Shown piece by piece: positions 42,421 through 51,862 of a stretch of 64,000 nucleotides of DNA. The notes beneath the pieces were generated by a model. That model was given only the letters and a program-made list of their open reading frames with translations, had not been told where the DNA came from and ran no database searches. Position 1 is the stretch's first letter, and each line of letters starts with the position of its first letter. The position numbers were made by a program, and so were the translations under genes. The DNA comes from an uncultured Acidobacteriota bacterium (lineage in GTDB: Bacteria; Acidobacteriota; UBA6911). The DNA is taken from assembly GCA_963809485.1 (NCBI GenBank), contig CAWEJX010000012.1, positions 160,001-224,000 of the forward strand, in the 5' to 3' direction.

Positions 42421-44229
42421 ATGGACCCTGCCGAGAATGAAAAGAAGAGCACGAGTAGAAGAGCATTTTTCAAGGGCATAGCCGCCGGCGCCGCAGGTGC
42501 AAGTTTGTTGAGTCCGTTTGCCCGGGAAGCCGCGCCCAGTTCCAGTCCGCAGAAAGCAAAGGAGGAGTTGATTACGGTTTTTAACCCTCTCGGACAACCT
42601 CCTCCCCTGGCTTTACTGCCTTTGGCGCCTCGCCTCGATACCCTAAAAGGCAAAACAATCTATGTCGTGGATACTAAATTCCCGGCCAGCAAGACCTTTT
42701 ATGAAGAATTCGTCAGAATTCTCAAGGAGAAATATCCCGATACGACCTGGATTCCGAGAGATAAGATAGGAAGTTATTTTGACGATGATCCAAAACTGTG
42801 GGCCGAAATCAAGGAAAAGGGCCACGGAATGATCATAATGGTAGGTCACTGAAGCACCTGTGCGCCGGCGGTCGCCGGTCATGCGCTAACCGTGGAAAAG
42901 CTGAAAGTGCCCGCAGTGCCCATAATCACCCAGACTTTTAACCGATCTGTCAAGAATGCTGTTTACGTCAAGGGAATGCCCCTCATCCGATTTGCCTTTG
43001 TCCGCCACCCCGTCGCATATACGCCGCTCGCTGACTGCAGGGCGGCCATATTGGGCAAGGATCCTGTGACCGGCAAACAGGTTCTTGATGAAGTTGTTGC
43101 GGGGCTGACCAGTCCTTTGACTGCGGAGGAAAAGAAGACGGGTTTCATAGAAAGGCCGCGGGACAGGTTTGTAAAGCCCGACACGGCCGACAACCTGCAG
43201 AACCTGTTTCGCGACAGCGGATGGACGGACTACCTGCCGATCATTCTTCCGACGGAACAGAAAGTGGCCGAGATGCTCAAAGGCACCAGCCACATGCCCG
43301 ATGAACCGGTAGGCGAGATGCGCCCATCTTCTCCTCACGAAGCGTGGTCCTTCGACGTACGGAAAGTTGCAATCAATGCGGTGATGGCGGGCGCAAAACC
43401 GGAATTTCTCCCGGTAATTCTGGCGATTGCATCCTCGGGGGTCACCTCGCTCTTCACTTCTACAAATTCCTTCACCTCCATGGTGGCCGTAAATGGACCC
43501 ATACGCAAAGAGATAAACATGAACATGGAGATAGGCGCGTTGGGTCCCTTTAATCACGCTAATGCAACCATTGGAAGAGCCTGGACACTGATGTCGAAGA
43601 ATCTGGGCAATGGAGGTGTTCCCGGGCAGAACTACATGGGCAGTCAAGGGCAAGGCCATAGCTACACCAATCTCTGCCTTGGAGAAAAAGAAGAGCGTTT
43701 GCCGCCAGGGTGGAAACCCTTTCATGTACAGAAGGGATTCAAGCCGGAAGAGAGTGTTGTAAGCATGTTCGACGGCTGGAACTGGTCCAACGTTGGGGGA
43801 TTTGAGAGTACTAAGGATCGATCCATCAAACGGTTTTTCGAAAATAATACGCAATGTTGCGGCGCCACCCTGGTTTTAGACCCACTCGTGGCCGACATGC
43901 TCTACAAGGAACTCGGGTACAAAACCAAGGAGCAGTTTCAGGACTGGCTGAACAAGAGCGTTGGAACGGTCAAAGATGATTATTGGGGGGCGATCTCCGG
44001 CCAGGGCGGAGCTGAAGGACCCGGCGGCCGTCGAGCGAAAGAGTATGAACAGGCCAAAGCAGGGGTTGAGCCCTTCGCAACATGGCTGAAATATCCTGAA
44101 GGAGCCGTACTCCCGGTGTCCAGAAATGTGCAGGTCAATATACTCGTGACTGGAGGAGAGACGAATCCCTATTGGCAGGGTGGGAGTCTCAGATACATCG
44201 CAAGTGCATCCGTCGACAAATGGAGGTAG
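42421..44229 (+). CDS. Tat-signal UGSC-like selenoprotein 4 (Sec at TGA 42850-42852; 602 aa)
   Basis: SRRAFFKG signal; in-frame MVGH-U-STCAPAVAG; SECIS; ends ASVDKWR. Confidence 0.92.
42853..42879 (+). promoter_or_regulatory. Bacterial SECIS element
   Basis: TGA-N11-GCCGGC-GGTC-GCCGGT. Confidence 0.85.
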
Positions 44230-44283
44230 GCGGGATGTGCAGGGGGGGCACGGCTCCCCCTGGTTTCCTGAGGGGGAGATCCC

Positions 44284-44853
44284 ATGAGAACAAAGATGAT
44301 TTTGGGTATGCTGGCAGCGCTGGCTGCCTCGATGCCCGCTATGCGGGCACAGTCACGAGAACCCGGTTTCTCTCCATTGAATCCCGCGCAGGTTGGAACC
44401 CGCCTGGGAACTGTTATCGAATGCGGCTTCGGCTATAGTCCCCATGAAAAATATGACGTCAAATTGACTCTTCTGGAAGTTCTGCGCGGAGATAAGGCAT
44501 CGGAGCGGATTAAAGCAGCAAGCGCATCCAATCAACCTCCGAAGGCTGGGCTCGAGTATATTCTTGCCCGCGTCAAGTTTGAGTTTTTTGCCAAAGGGGC
44601 GCCGGGGAATTGTGTTCATGAACTGAGACGGGAAGAATTTGCGGCCTTCTCCGCCGATGGGCAAGAATACGAGGCCGCCATGATTGCACCTCCCCAGCCG
44701 GGGCTCAGCGCGAAGCTCAATTCAGGCGATTCCTTCGAGGGCTGGCTTGCCTTCCAGGCGCCGCAAGGCGGGAACAAGGCATTGCTGAGGTTTGTCGCCA
44801 GCGTCGGAAGCGCCGTCGAACAGGGAGGGCAAGTGTGGTTTCAGCTTTATTGA
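44284..44853 (+). CDS. Small secreted partner protein 3 (DUF4352-like)
   Basis: Signal peptide; SPLNPA, ECG, YDVKLTLLEVLRG, EYILARVKFE and GDSFEGWL. Confidence 0.78.
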   Translation: MRTKMILGMLAALAASMPAMRAQSREPGFSPLNPAQVGTRLGTVIECGFGYSPHEKYDVKLTLLEVLRGDKASERIKAASASNQPPKAGLEYILARVKFEFFAKGAPGNCVHELRREEFAAFSADGQEYEAAMIAPPQPGLSAKLNSGDSFEGWLAFQAPQGGNKALLRFVASVGSAVEQGGQVWFQLY

Positions 44854-44861
44854 ATGGGCCC

Positions 44862-45171
44862 TAGCTAGTTTCTGTCGCGAAACTCGGTTCTTGCGAGGAA
44901 ACCGGATTTTTCAACAGTCGATAGGATATTTGATATTATGTAGAAGCCGGGAATTGGAGCCAGGCCGCGTAGCGGTCAGCTGAGTTTAGCCAGGCCTTTT
45001 AAGGCTTGGATCTAAAGGAGTTAGGTTTTCCGTCGCCTAGCAACGGTTGAATCTCAGGCGGCGCTACGCGACGCGCTATTCTCAATACCATGATTCCCGG
45101 CCTTGAAAGGCCGGGCTAAAATCATAGTGCCGCTATGCGGCGCAAACCAGTTTCGCGACAGAAACTAGCTA
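44862..45171. mobile_element. MITE with perfect 23-bp terminal inverted repeats carrying a REP-like doublet
   Basis: tagctagtttctgtcgcgaaact (44862-44884) / agtttcgcgacagaaactagcta (45149-45171). Confidence 0.75.
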
Positions 45172-45204
45172 TGGAAACCCAATCCAAAGCAAGGAGAAAC
45201 AACC

Positions 45205-45765
45205 GTGAAGCTCAGAAGAACACTCGCATGGCTTGTTCTGGCATACCTGGTTACAGCTCCTGCCTTACTGCAGTCGCAAATACCAGGCTACTCCCCGCTC
45301 AGCCCGGCAGCCGTCGGCGCCCGGGTGGAGACCGTGATCCAATGCGGCGGAGAGCCTTGTGATGTGAGAATCTTCCTTCTCGAGGTTGTGCGCGGCGAGA
45401 AGGCCTGGCAACGTATCCAAGCGACAAATTCGTCCAATACTCCGCCGGAAGGCGACCTAGAATATGTCCTTGCGCGTATGAGGTTCGAGATGTCTTCGAG
45501 GACTCCGGGAAGCAAGAGCTACCCGATAAGATCGGGACAGACAGGGCAGTTTTTCGCTTTCTCGGCAGAGGGCCAACCCTATGAGACGCCTGCTCTGGTG
45601 TTGCCCAAACCGGAACTGGAGGGCTTGCTCCGTTCCGGCGAATCGATTGAGGGCTGGATTGCTTTCCGTGTACTCAAGAGCGAAGCCAAGCCGCTGATGA
45701 GCTTTGATCCGGCATCCGGGGCGGCTAAAAGCCAAGGCAAGCTCATATGGTTCCGGCTCCAATAA
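45205..45765 (+). CDS. Small secreted partner protein 4 (DUF4352-like)
   Basis: Signal peptide; SPLSPA, QCGGEPC, LLEVVRG, EYVLARMRFE and GESIEGWIAF. Confidence 0.78.
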   Translation: MKLRRTLAWLVLAYLVTAPALLQSQIPGYSPLSPAAVGARVETVIQCGGEPCDVRIFLLEVVRGEKAWQRIQATNSSNTPPEGDLEYVLARMRFEMSSRTPGSKSYPIRSGQTGQFFAFSAEGQPYETPALVLPKPELEGLLRSGESIEGWIAFRVLKSEAKPLMSFDPASGAAKSQGKLIWFRLQ

Positions 45766-46150
45766 ATAGCGGTTCCGGCAAGTCAACGAAAGATGAAATG
45801 ATTCGGCGGCCGGTGAGGACTTTCAATTCGCATCAAGAGGAAAAACACTGAAAAGGCGAAGTGGAAGAAAAGCCTGCACGGCGAGAAAGGCAATCGAATG
45901 GGATGTCCGCTCGTTGCGGGGCGCGGATGCACATCCTCTGCGCGATAAATCCTCCCTGGCGCCATTCGGAAAATTTTGAATTGCCTGGGATTGCCTTCCA
46001 AACCGCCGCCTGTTTTCCGGGTTCTGACATCACCTTAATGCCGGCTGTGTCGCCCGGCTGAAGCGAAGCAGATGAAAAGAGACCTATGGATGAGTGCATG
46101 GAATTTATCGGATTCACCAACAGATTTCGCAATGGAAAGGAGAAATAACG

Positions 46151-47836
46151 ATGAGTTCCGCTGCGAATGAGGAAAGGAAACTAACACGAAGGGAGTTCTT
46201 CAAAGGATCGGCTGCGGGAGGAGCGGCTGGATTGATTGTGGGCGCCGGAGGCGCTGCACTGATGAGTGGCAGCTCAAAGCCATGGCTGCCCAAGACGTGG
46301 GACTATGAGGCAGATGTGGTCGTCGTGGGAACGGGATATGCGGGTCAGAATGCAGCCATTGCCAGCCACGATGCCGGAGCGAGTGTGCTTGTATTGGAAA
46401 AGGCGCCGGAACGTTTTGCAGGTGGGAATTCCAGCGTTTCAGGAGGCGGCATGACGGTTCCGTTAAACGTGTCCGAGGCGATAAAATATTACCGCGCGTT
46501 ATGCTTCGGAACGGTCCCCGATGACCTGTGTGTTGTAATGGCCGAGGTCATGGCTAAGGTTCCGGAACAGCTTAAGAAGATAGATATTGAAACTTCTACC
46601 AGGCAATTCGCTACTGGCGCAGCGCCGGCGGCTCCATCGGGCCGCGCTCCGGCGGCTCGTCCACGGACCGGGCTATCCCTTCTTCCTGGTACCGGAAACT
46701 TTAAAATCTACTATATTGTTCCTTCGGGCGATGCCGATCGGCGCACGGGGGCCGGCACGCTACTATACCTTGCGCTCAAGAAGTGCTCGGTAGACAGGGG
46801 GGTCAAATTTTTATACGAGACTCCGGCGAAAAGTCTGATCCAGGACCCTGAAACAAAGGCAATTCTGGGCGTCGTTGCATACGCACAGGGCAAAAACGTC
46901 TATGTTAAGGCAAAAAGAGGCGTGGTCCTGGCCTGCGGCGGATATCAGACAAACCGTGAAATGCTGGGATATTTCAATTATCCGGGATTGAGGATTTACC
47001 AGTGGGGTACACCCTACAATAGCGGGGACGGCATAAAAATGGCGGCGGAAACAGGTGCGGCCCTATGGCATATGTTCAGCATTGAGTGGATCACTCCCAG
47101 TATAAAAGCGCCAAGTGAGCAATATGGTGTTTCTGTTCAAGTAAGCACCGGATATGGGGCAGCCAGCGGTTTTATTTTTGCAAACAAATACGGCAAGAGA
47201 TTCATGAATGAATTGAAGAATCTGGGTCACAACAAGGAGAGTTTGGAACTGACCTACTTTAGTCAAGATCGAGTGGAGTATCCCAATAATCCTTTTTATC
47301 TAATCTTTGATGAGAATCTCAAGACCAAGCAGCCGCTTTCAAGCACCGGAATGGGTATGGGTGGGCGTATGACTTGGAATGTCGTTCATGGCGTTTACAA
47401 ATGGAGTACCGATAACAATGCAGAAATAGAGAAGGGGTGGATCATCAAGGCAGATACCCTCAAAGAATTGGCTGCCAAAATCTCAATGGATGCTGCAGGA
47501 TTGGAAAGTACCATTGCCAAATACAATGAATACTGCAGAAACAGAAAGGATGCCGAATTTGACCGGCGGAAGGAATCTCTTCAGCCTATTAAAACTCCGC
47601 CGTACTATGCAACGGAGCTGGCACTTACCTGCATCAACACGCAGGGCGGTCCGAAACATAATGGCAAATCCCAAACACTCGATAAAGAGGATAAGCCAAT
47701 CCCGCGACTTTATTCTGCAGGCGAGCTTGGTTCGTTCTTTGGTTTCCTATATCCGGGCGGAAGCAACATACCTGAGGCCATAGCCTTTGGCCGCATCGCG
47801 GGCGAGAATGCGGCCGCTGAGAAGGCGTGGTCGTGA
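46151..47836 (+). CDS. Tat-exported FAD_binding_2 oxidoreductase (close paralog of 25971)
   Basis: TRREFFK, GTGYAG, NTQGGP and YPGGSNIPEA. Confidence 0.9.
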   Translation: MSSAANEERKLTRREFFKGSAAGGAAGLIVGAGGAALMSGSSKPWLPKTWDYEADVVVVGTGYAGQNAAIASHDAGASVLVLEKAPERFAGGNSSVSGGGMTVPLNVSEAIKYYRALCFGTVPDDLCVVMAEVMAKVPEQLKKIDIETSTRQFATGAAPAAPSGRAPAARPRTGLSLLPGTGNFKIYYIVPSGDADRRTGAGTLLYLALKKCSVDRGVKFLYETPAKSLIQDPETKAILGVVAYAQGKNVYVKAKRGVVLACGGYQTNREMLGYFNYPGLRIYQWGTPYNSGDGIKMAAETGAALWHMFSIEWITPSIKAPSEQYGVSVQVSTGYGAASGFIFANKYGKRFMNELKNLGHNKESLELTYFSQDRVEYPNNPFYLIFDENLKTKQPLSSTGMGMGGRMTWNVVHGVYKWSTDNNAEIEKGWIIKADTLKELAAKISMDAAGLESTIAKYNEYCRNRKDAEFDRRKESLQPIKTPPYYATELALTCINTQGGPKHNGKSQTLDKEDKPIPRLYSAGELGSFFGFLYPGGSNIPEAIAFGRIAGENAAAEKAWS

Positions 47837-48100
47837 AGCGAATTCTCGGGCAGATAAGTCCGCTAGGCCAGCCTTAGGCGAAAGACCGATGTGGCAATGA
47901 TCCGGCTGGCGCAAGCAAAACAGGTCCCGTCCAGCAGGCGGGACCTCGGAGCCTGTCCGAGAATTGGGAGGGGCCACGTTCCTGGCTTGGCGGGGGCAGA
48001 TGTAGGGCGGCGCAGCGGCCCAGCCCCATACGCGCGATCCCTCCTCATTCTCGGGCAGGTTCCCGGTGCCGGATATAATCCTGATGATGGGAGAATACCG

Positions 48101-48985
48101 ATGCGCATGCGAAAAACCAAACTCTGGATTATCACGTCACTTTTCCTGGGCGCGTTCACCGCTGCGCTTGGCACAGCTCGCGCAGCGGATACGAATTGCA
48201 GTCGCGAGTGTCTGCAGAGTTTCATCGCGAAATACCTGGATGCCATGCGGGCCCATGATCCCGGCTTGCTGCCCTGTTCCGCGGGGCTGAAGTTTACCGA
48301 GGATTCCGAGCCGATGAAACTGGGCGACGGGCTGTGGAAGAGCGTGTCCGGCATTCGGCCATACCGCCGTGACGTTCTGGATGTCGCTCGGGGAATCGCC
48401 GCGTCCAAAGTTGTTGTTGAGGAAGCGGGCTCTCCGGTTCTTCTGCAGCTTAGACTGAAAGTCGTCAATCAAAAAATCACCGAAGTCGAAACAATGACGG
48501 TTCGCAACCAGAAAGAGGGAGGGCTCTTCAATCCGGCCGCGCTGCAGACTTCGAGCCAGGGGATGTCATTCGTTCCCGGGCGGGCGCAAATCGCCTCCCG
48601 TGAGGAAATGGTCAAGATAGCCGAAATCTACCCCGCCGGTCTGAAGATCGGGAGCTTCGTGACAGTGGACGCACCCTTCGGTCCGGAGGCATACCGCATC
48701 GAGAACGGAGTAATTACGGCCGGCTCCGGCTGCACGCGGCCGGGATGCGAGAACATCAAGACGCAGGTCAATATCAAACACCCCGGGATCACCTACCATG
48801 TAGCGGCCGTGGATGAGGATCTCGGCATTGTTTTGATGCGTCTGGATTTCGGCGAAACAAGCGCGTATGGACCCGGCATATCGCGGGTCTTGTGGGAGGA
48901 GTTCAAAATATACGGCGGCATGATCCACGCAGTCGAAGCATTTATGCGCTATATACCTGCCAGCAAGGGCTCCGGCTGGGACTGA
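48101..48985 (+). CDS. Secreted hypothetical protein
   Basis: Signal peptide, CSRECL...YLDAM, KFTED...GDGLW, RLKV...ITEVE and FKI.GG.I..VEA. Confidence 0.7.
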   Translation: MRMRKTKLWIITSLFLGAFTAALGTARAADTNCSRECLQSFIAKYLDAMRAHDPGLLPCSAGLKFTEDSEPMKLGDGLWKSVSGIRPYRRDVLDVARGIAASKVVVEEAGSPVLLQLRLKVVNQKITEVETMTVRNQKEGGLFNPAALQTSSQGMSFVPGRAQIASREEMVKIAEIYPAGLKIGSFVTVDAPFGPEAYRIENGVITAGSGCTRPGCENIKTQVNIKHPGITYHVAAVDEDLGIVLMRLDFGETSAYGPGISRVLWEEFKIYGGMIHAVEAFMRYIPASKGSGWD

Positions 48986-49019
48986 GAGTCCCGGGGGCTA
49001 TTGCCAGATGCAGCTTTGT

Positions 49020-49420
49020 GTCAGGCACCTCCGGCAAACCGGAGGCTTGAAAGATTTAAACCGCTCAAAGCGGTTGAAGGAGTTACGCTGGTCTTGAACG
49101 CTGACTTACGCGGGCAAAAGCCGATGAGGCGCTTCCGATCCCCGCAGGGGCCAGCGCTCCGCGCTGGACAGTTTTCTGCGGCGGCACTGTGGCAAACGCC
49201 CTGATTCTCATAACCTCCATCTCCTTGCCGCACGGCCTTTGCCACAGTGCCGCCGCAGAAAACTCCATCGGAAGCGCCTCATCGGCTTTTGCTCGCCGAC
49301 CCTCGCCGAACAAATCGGCGTTAGTCAGCGCTTTTGTCAGCGTATCTCAGCATTTCAAAATACGGAGCTGTCAAACTCTACGAGTCCTCCGGCAAAGCCG
49401 TGGGTTTACCAATAGAATTT
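49020..49420. mobile_element. IS200/IS605-like element, copy D, with nested inverted repeats
   Basis: A 26-bp IR (49114-49139/49267-49292) encloses a 27-bp IR (49170-49196/49238-49264). Confidence 0.75.
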
Positions 49421-49547
49421 AGATGCCGCTTCTGATGTTTCGCGAGAACTCGTCCAACTCTATGCGGTTTGGGCATTTGTCGCTGTCGGATTACCCTAAC
49501 TCAGGCGGTGTTTTTCAATCGTCAACCCTTTATCGTAAATCGTCAAT

Positions 49548-50483
49548 CTATTTGGCCCTGCATCGATCGAAGAATTTAAATACACTCGGCAATACCAGCG
49601 GGATCATGCCGCCGTGATCGGCATTCACCTCCATGTACTCTATTTTAAAGCCGCGCTCCTTCATCCAGGCATACATTGCTTTGCTTCCGACAAGAGACGG
49701 GGTTGCCCCTGTTCCCTCCGTCATGAAGACAGGCATTTTTCGTATGCTGTCCCACGGATAATTAGATTCGTCAACAAACGGCCCCGACATGGGAGCTATT
49801 GCGGCCCAGTAACGGGAATATTTTGCGCCCAAATACCATGTGCCGCCGCTTCCCATCGAATGCCCCATCAGAAACACGGAGGAGCGGTCCACCGGATACT
49901 CGTTGAGCACGATTTCGAGCACATTGATGACATCTTTCTCGCTGAGTTCGAGCGTTCGTTCCTTTTCCGCGCTCACCGCTGCTCGCTGTTGTGCGGCTAT
50001 TTGCGGATTTCCAAAGACGGCCGGAAGACGCAGGGGTGTTCCGTAAGCGCCCATGCGAGTGTACCCTAACGGCGATACCAGGATGTAGCCGTGCTGCTCG
50101 GCCAAACGAATAAGCTGTTTGTCATTCGCATCGACATACCAATTCTCATCCGATCCCGCGCCGTGCAGCATCACGACCAATGGCAACTGGGATTTTCCGT
50201 CCCAGGAAGTGGGGACGTAAAGACGGTAGGGCATGTCGGCATTTGCTGCAGCAAAATGATATTTCCGATGAAGATCCCCTTTGGCGCGCCATTGCGGATC
50301 GTTGGGAGAAGCGATGCTTTGGGCCAGTGCCTGAGATTCGCGGACCTGTTCCCGGGCATCGACGGCACTGCCGAATGTTATCGTCAGGGACGTCTGTGCC
50401 CACAGCAGGGCGGCAGCAAAGCCGGCAAGAAAAAACACACATACCGGCAATGCCCTTTGCCGTGAAAAAGATTTGCTCGACAT
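49548..50483 (-). CDS. Secreted alpha/beta hydrolase (PHB depolymerase/esterase-like)
   Basis: PYRLYVP, LHGAG and GHSMG. Confidence 0.85.
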   Translation of the reverse strand: MSSKSFSRQRALPVCVFFLAGFAAALLWAQTSLTITFGSAVDAREQVRESQALAQSIASPNDPQWRAKGDLHRKYHFAAANADMPYRLYVPTSWDGKSQLPLVVMLHGAGSDENWYVDANDKQLIRLAEQHGYILVSPLGYTRMGAYGTPLRLPAVFGNPQIAAQQRAAVSAEKERTLELSEKDVINVLEIVLNEYPVDRSSVFLMGHSMGSGGTWYLGAKYSRYWAAIAPMSGPFVDESNYPWDSIRKMPVFMTEGTGATPSLVGSKAMYAWMKERGFKIEYMEVNADHGGMIPLVLPSVFKFFDRCRAK

Positions 50484-50606
50484 CGATCGTCTTTCCTTTC
50501 AATTTCCGGACTTGATTCGCCGACGCCGCCTTCCGCGCCACAGGATCTGCAAATTGGGCTGGGATCCGGTGTCCACTCCCGGCGATCCGCAAGCCGTTCC
50601 CATCGA

Positions 50607-51848
50607 TTAGGCCTCCGCCGCCTTCTTTGCCTGGGCTTTTTCAGTGTGGTGTTTCAGGAGCAACAGCTCGATCAGGGTCAGCACGGCGATTCCCGCCATC
50701 ATGTACCAGCCCGCGCTGAATCCCTTTGTCCAATCGCGCAGCACCCCCAGCATTTGAGGGCCCAGGTAGCCCGAGATTCCAGCTCCCAGTCCCAGCATAC
50801 CCATCACATTTCCCGTCTCGCGCCCGGTCAGCACGCTTCCGGCGAGCCCATACACTTGATTGGTTGCGGTAAATCCTGCGGCAAGCACCACGGCTGTGGC
50901 AATTCGAAATACCAGTTCATTCCCGCTGGTCATGGCAAGCGACGCCGGTATCAAAAATACAACGAGCGAGCTCAGGACGATCCATTTGTTGTAGTGATCC
51001 ATCAGGTAACCGAAAAGGAGGTTCAGGAAAATCGCGCAAATGTAGCCTGTACTGATCACAAACGATGCTTCCACAGCATCCATTTTGAAAACGGTGGTTG
51101 CTGCGGCGGGAACAAAAAAGGTCACGCTGAAGGCAGCCGCCCCCACCATTGCCACCAATACAACAAGCGCCCAGACAATCGGGGTACGGAATGCGCTCTG
51201 CCCGCCGTGCCGGGAACTGCCCCCGTGGTGCGCCTGTGCCGGTCCCCGCTCGCCCGTTTGCCGGCGATAGAATACCCAGACTGCAATGGCCCCCAGGACC
51301 GCTGCGAATGCGAAAGCCGTCATCCCTGTGCGCCATCCGAAATTTTCGCCGATTTTGCTCCCGAAGGGCGCTCCAATCACCGAAGCCAGCGAAGAAACCG
51401 ATCCGAGGAAGCCCATGGATGAACCCTTCAAGGAAGGGGGCGCGGTGAGCGCGATAGCCGTCAGCACACAGACGAAGGCGAACCGGTAAGCACCGAGCCA
51501 CAAAGCGCGGGAAGCGAAGGCGGAATAAAAACCCGGCGCCTTGCCCAGTATGAACAGCCCGAATCCCACCATAAACAGTGCCAGGACCAGCACGCGCTTC
51601 TCACCGTAACGCTTGGCCACAAGGCCCGCGGGCACACTTAAGGCCAGCGCAAGCAAGCCATACATCCCCGTGAACAGCCCCACCTGGGTGTAGCTCATGG
51701 AGAATTCCTTCTGGATGTCGGGCAAGAGTGGAGCAAACCCCAGGCTGGACATTTGAAGGGTCATCATCCCAAAGAGCGCCGCAACGAAGGGAACAATCCA
51801 GGATCGATCCGTGTTCGGTATTTTCTCTGACATCATGAATGCCTCCAT
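50607..51848 (-). CDS. MFS transporter
   Basis: About 12 hydrophobic segments, GLVAKRYGEK motif A and FGWR. Confidence 0.9.
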   Translation of the reverse strand: MEAFMMSEKIPNTDRSWIVPFVAALFGMMTLQMSSLGFAPLLPDIQKEFSMSYTQVGLFTGMYGLLALALSVPAGLVAKRYGEKRVLVLALFMVGFGLFILGKAPGFYSAFASRALWLGAYRFAFVCVLTAIALTAPPSLKGSSMGFLGSVSSLASVIGAPFGSKIGENFGWRTGMTAFAFAAVLGAIAVWVFYRRQTGERGPAQAHHGGSSRHGGQSAFRTPIVWALVVLVAMVGAAAFSVTFFVPAAATTVFKMDAVEASFVISTGYICAIFLNLLFGYLMDHYNKWIVLSSLVVFLIPASLAMTSGNELVFRIATAVVLAAGFTATNQVYGLAGSVLTGRETGNVMGMLGLGAGISGYLGPQMLGVLRDWTKGFSAGWYMMAGIAVLTLIELLLLKHHTEKAQAKKAAEA

Positions 51849-51862
51849 TTTGCCCGACGGCG

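Noticed and set aside
32909-42852. TGA as genome-wide Trp/Gly recoding or as pseudogene nonsense mutations
   Set aside because: Many genes end in TGA at homologous C-termini and Trp uses TGG. Four independent nonsense mutations at one codon, each with a SECIS-like hairpin, are implausible.
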